DNA of 64,000 bases from the human T2T-CHM13v2.0 reference genome, Homo sapiens: NCBI RefSeq assembly GCF_009914755.1, contig NC_060925.1, one strand, 5' to 3'. This document shows positions 59,713 through 64,000 of this stretch, one piece after another. The position numbers were made by a program, and so were the translations under genes. Numbering within the stretch: position 1 is the first letter of the stretch; each line of letters starts with the position of its first letter. The notes below the pieces were generated by a model. The model was not told the DNA's origin, did no database searches, and saw only the letters and a list, made by a program, of their open reading frames with translations.

Positions 59713-60699
59713 TTTAAAGAACAATTTGTTATTATCTCTCGTGGTTCTGGAAGTTATGGGGCTCAGCGGGCTGGTTCTCACTTGGGGTTCCTTATGCAAT
59801 TGCACTCAGACAGTGGCTGGGGCTGAGATCCATGTCTGGAGCCAGGGCTGGGATATCTAAAACAGTTGGGGGCTGGTAGGGCATCTCCGTCCACATGGCC
59901 TCTCCACATGGCTAACTTGGGCTTCCTCTCAGCCTGGCAGTCTCAGGATAGTTGGACATCTTAGATGGCAGCGGACTCCCCACTGCAGCAAGTGTTCCAC
60001 AAAACCAGACAGAAACTGCAAACTTTCTTGTGACCTAGACTCTAAAAGCATGGACATTATTTCCGCTACAGTCTGTTGGTCAAAATAGTTACAGGTCAGA
60101 TTCAAGGTGTTTCTGTGTCTCAGTGGGAGAGTAGCTTACAAGTAAAGTGAGATAACGAATTGATGAAGCCCATCCTGGAGACAAGTCATGACACCAGGGT
60201 TTGACCCTAAGCAGCCTGATTCCAGCCTCTGTGTGCTAAAGCATTATGCCCCACTCACCTGACACAGTACAGGCACAGCCACAGAATGCCACCTGTGGCT
60301 GTTATATCACGGTGGCTTGAAGGAGAAGTGATTAGCTGTGCCTCAGGTGGTCAGGAAAGGCTTCACATTAGAGGAAACACCCCCTCACACATACATACTC
60401 CTTTCTTCTCAGTGCAGAAGAAGACAGACAGTGGCTGCAGTGGGTGGCATATACGCGTCTGCATCACGTGAGGTGGCCTAAAAGCTGAGGGCAAGAGACA
60501 GCTCTGAGGCAGTGTGTAGAAGGGAACTGACCTGGAAGGGGGGAGCTATGGAGTCCAGTCCCAGCTGCACCATAGTGTAATGCTGGGACCTTGAAGGGAA
60601 CCAGAAGGCCAAGAAAGGAAAAACCAGAGGCCCTGGGCCTTTCCAGAACATCAGCAGGGTGAGGTTTCTGACTGTGTTGTGCTCCACTCCCATCTCCAG

Positions 60700-60891
60700 A
60701 TTGGAGACCCACAGTTGGTGATCTGTATGGACTGCTCGGCAGACACCATGACCAACCGCCTTCTCCAAAGGAGCCGGAGCAGCCTGCCTGTGGACGACAC
60801 CACCAAGACCATCGCCAAGCGCCTAGAAGCCTACTACCGAGCGTCCATCCCCGTGATCGCCTACTACGAGACAAAAACACAGCTACACAAG
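60700..60891 (+). CDS. AK5: AK5 coding exon (192 nt, probably exon 13): LID region, ending at a GC donor
   Basis: IGDPQLVICMDCSADTMTNRLLQRSRSSLPVDDTTKTIAKRLEAYYRASIPVIAYYETKTQLHK. Acceptor catctccag|ATT, donor AAG|gcgagt; AK similarity ends exactly there. Confidence 0.93.
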
Positions 60892-61031
60892 GCGAGTCAC
60901 TTCACTTTCTCCTCTGAAATGAGCCGCTTACCTTTTTTTTTTTTTTCCAAGAAAAGAGAAAAAGCTGAGAACATTTTAGTTAAGGGATCTGGGAATTAGA
61001 ACTCTGTGCAGCTGCAGCACTGGGGCCAAAA

Positions 61032-61325
<294 letters not shown>

Positions 61326-62908
61326 ATTTGGACCAAATTATGAATCCCTTACTCTTCACTTCTATTTCAATCAAAATTAAATATCTGTCGTCATATAGAC
61401 CATAAAAAGGTGGTCATATAATTTTCACAGATCCCCTTATAGTTGCTGAAAACAACTCCTTTTTCCCAAAAAAGAGAGAGAGGGAGAGAGGAAGGGAAGA
61501 AGGCAGGGAGGGAGGGAGGCATAGATGAGACGTAGGCTCTGCCACTGACTCTGGACTGTGAGATTATTCACTAGAGCTAAGATTCAATGACTTTGAATTT
61601 CTATAATTTTACATCGTTCACAATTGGCTCTTGGCTCCTTTGCCTCAATTTCTTGTGATAACCAACATTTTTAGAAGAAGCTGCATATGGGGCCAGGAGA
61701 GCAGGTAATTAAGTAAAACAATGAAGATAGTGTGAGGAAATGAGTGTATCAACCTAGTGATCATGAGCTCTCTGCTGAGTCACCATCAGTTTTATGAATT
61801 TGGGAAAACTGCCCAGTCCTCATCCTTCCACTCATCCCATAACTATGTATCAGGAACCCATAGTCCATCAATTGCACTAGTGGTTTGGATGCAAATAAAT
61901 AAGATTCTTGAATCCTTGCAAAGCTTAGGGTTTCAGTAGGAGAGAGAGACAAACGTGTGATCACACAATGAGATCAAAGCAAGCACAGAATGTGTGGCAA
62001 GGGCCCTTTCCTCCAGTGTAAGGGGAAAGGAAAGGATCCAGGAAGGTGGCCTGAGGAGGACTCGGCTGAGTCTCTGAAGCGGGGGTGCACGCCACACCAG
62101 AGAAGCCCCAAGTGGAGAAGGTCAGGAAAACCAAGTAACTCCACGAGGCTGTGACATAAAGTGCCAAGGAAAAGAGGGTTAAGAGATGGAGATGGAGAGG
62201 CAAGCAAGGACTAGATCAAGATGGATCATATGTAGGAGCAAATAATTGTCCTGTGAGTGATGGGAACTACCAAAGGGGCAGGAATAATCAGGATTTCAAT
62301 CTAGAAAGCTCAATCCATCATCCTTATGGGGAATGGATGCAAGAAGGTAAGGCTAGGAGACCACTGAGAGGCTAGAACAGTATCCAGGAACAAATCCATA
62401 AGGATGACAGAGTGAGCTTTTGTCCAGGAACAAAATCCTGAGTACTCGAACTGGAGAAGGGAGAGTGGGATCTCTTGCTGTTCACAGGATAAGAGACATC
62501 ATCAATAAATAACAAACTTGTCTCTGAGGAAGCTACATTACTGATTCCTTGGGGGAAAACCATTGATAATGAATTCTTATCTTCTAACTCTGTTAATGGT
62601 CCGCTTTCCAGAATCCTAAGAAACACTGGGTATAGAAGTCTGAAAGATGCCTCTGCATTTAACTGAGTGTCAAATATGTGGCATGAGAGACATAATCCCC
62701 TACTTCCACATCCATGGCCATTGCTAGTTGATCCCAGCACTGTTTCTCAGTGAGCAGGTGTGGCCTGAGAATGTTTGTCAACACAGCACTCCAGGCAGCT
62801 ACTGCCAATTAATAGGACTTGATGTGCAACCTGAGACTTATTTGTTGTGCTTTATATAACCTCTGGCTGCCACATTTTAAAAATAAAGACTTCGATCTTT
62901 AATAACAG

Positions 62909-63271
<363 letters not shown>

Positions 63272-63326
63272 TCAGGGCTGCAAAGGCCTTTCCAAAATTA
63301 GATTGTCTAGTGATTTCCACCTTTTG

Positions 63327-63601
<275 letters not shown>

Positions 63602-64000
63602 TTAGAGTTGGAAAATCCCTCTTAGCTCTCTGTTGTATTATTCCAACCTGAATTCTACAAACTCACAAATGACTGCTCGTGAGTACAGGGTTGAGTTCTC
63701 AGACAAATCTGATTTCTGGAATCTTCCTTAGAGCTTTCTAAGTTAGTGGTGTCCAAAAGACCAGATTACAACACATTTAAAGATCTTCATTGGCTTTTAT
63801 TCATGATTCTAGAATTGGGCAGACCTCAGGACCAGAAAAATGTTTGAAGAATAAGCCACATGGTCAAGCAATATTTATGTTTAGAAAACAGAAGTGAGGA
63901 ACTGAGGTTAATTAGTTACAGCCTTATGTGAATCAGCTGGCTACCTACTATTGACTTAAGCTCAGCTGCTGGAACTACCAAAACTCAGCCATCTGTTACA

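Noticed and set aside
63745-64000. Probable LTR fragment at the window end
   Set aside because: Cut by the window edge; I cannot support a family call by eye.

Overview
Primate (human-like) genomic DNA, mostly intronic and repeat-rich. It holds five coding exons of AK5 (adenylate kinase 5) on the + strand: 8224-8266, 11215-11259, 43464-43627, 46711-46827 and 60700-60891. They are probably exons 9-13; that numbering is recalled, not derived. Spliced together they give one open frame covering the end of the inter-domain linker and nearly all of the second adenylate-kinase domain (GDDQLNVFGEDTMG|GFMEDLRKCKIIFII|[13 protein letters not shown]...VPS|GIVLELL...GRR|IGDPQLV...QLHK). The rest is about 30 Alus, solo LTRs (THE1, MLT2, LTR12, LTR12C, MER41A, MST), L1/L2/MIR fragments, DNA-transposon relics and simple repeats. 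Almost all other entries in the ORF track are spurious. I found no evidence of a new multi-gene system. The most testable observations are: a sense THE1 LTR whose ATG and splice donor are in frame with the next AK5 exon; an AK1-like exon layout with a retained strong-Kozak ATG; a GC splice donor; a LID Arg-to-Pro change; an LTR12C that has lost both its TATA-like box and its polyA signal; a twin-primed L1; and two non-TE local duplications. Repeat family names were assigned by eye from remembered consensus sequences, and their boundaries are approximate unless a target-site duplication (TSD) is quoted.
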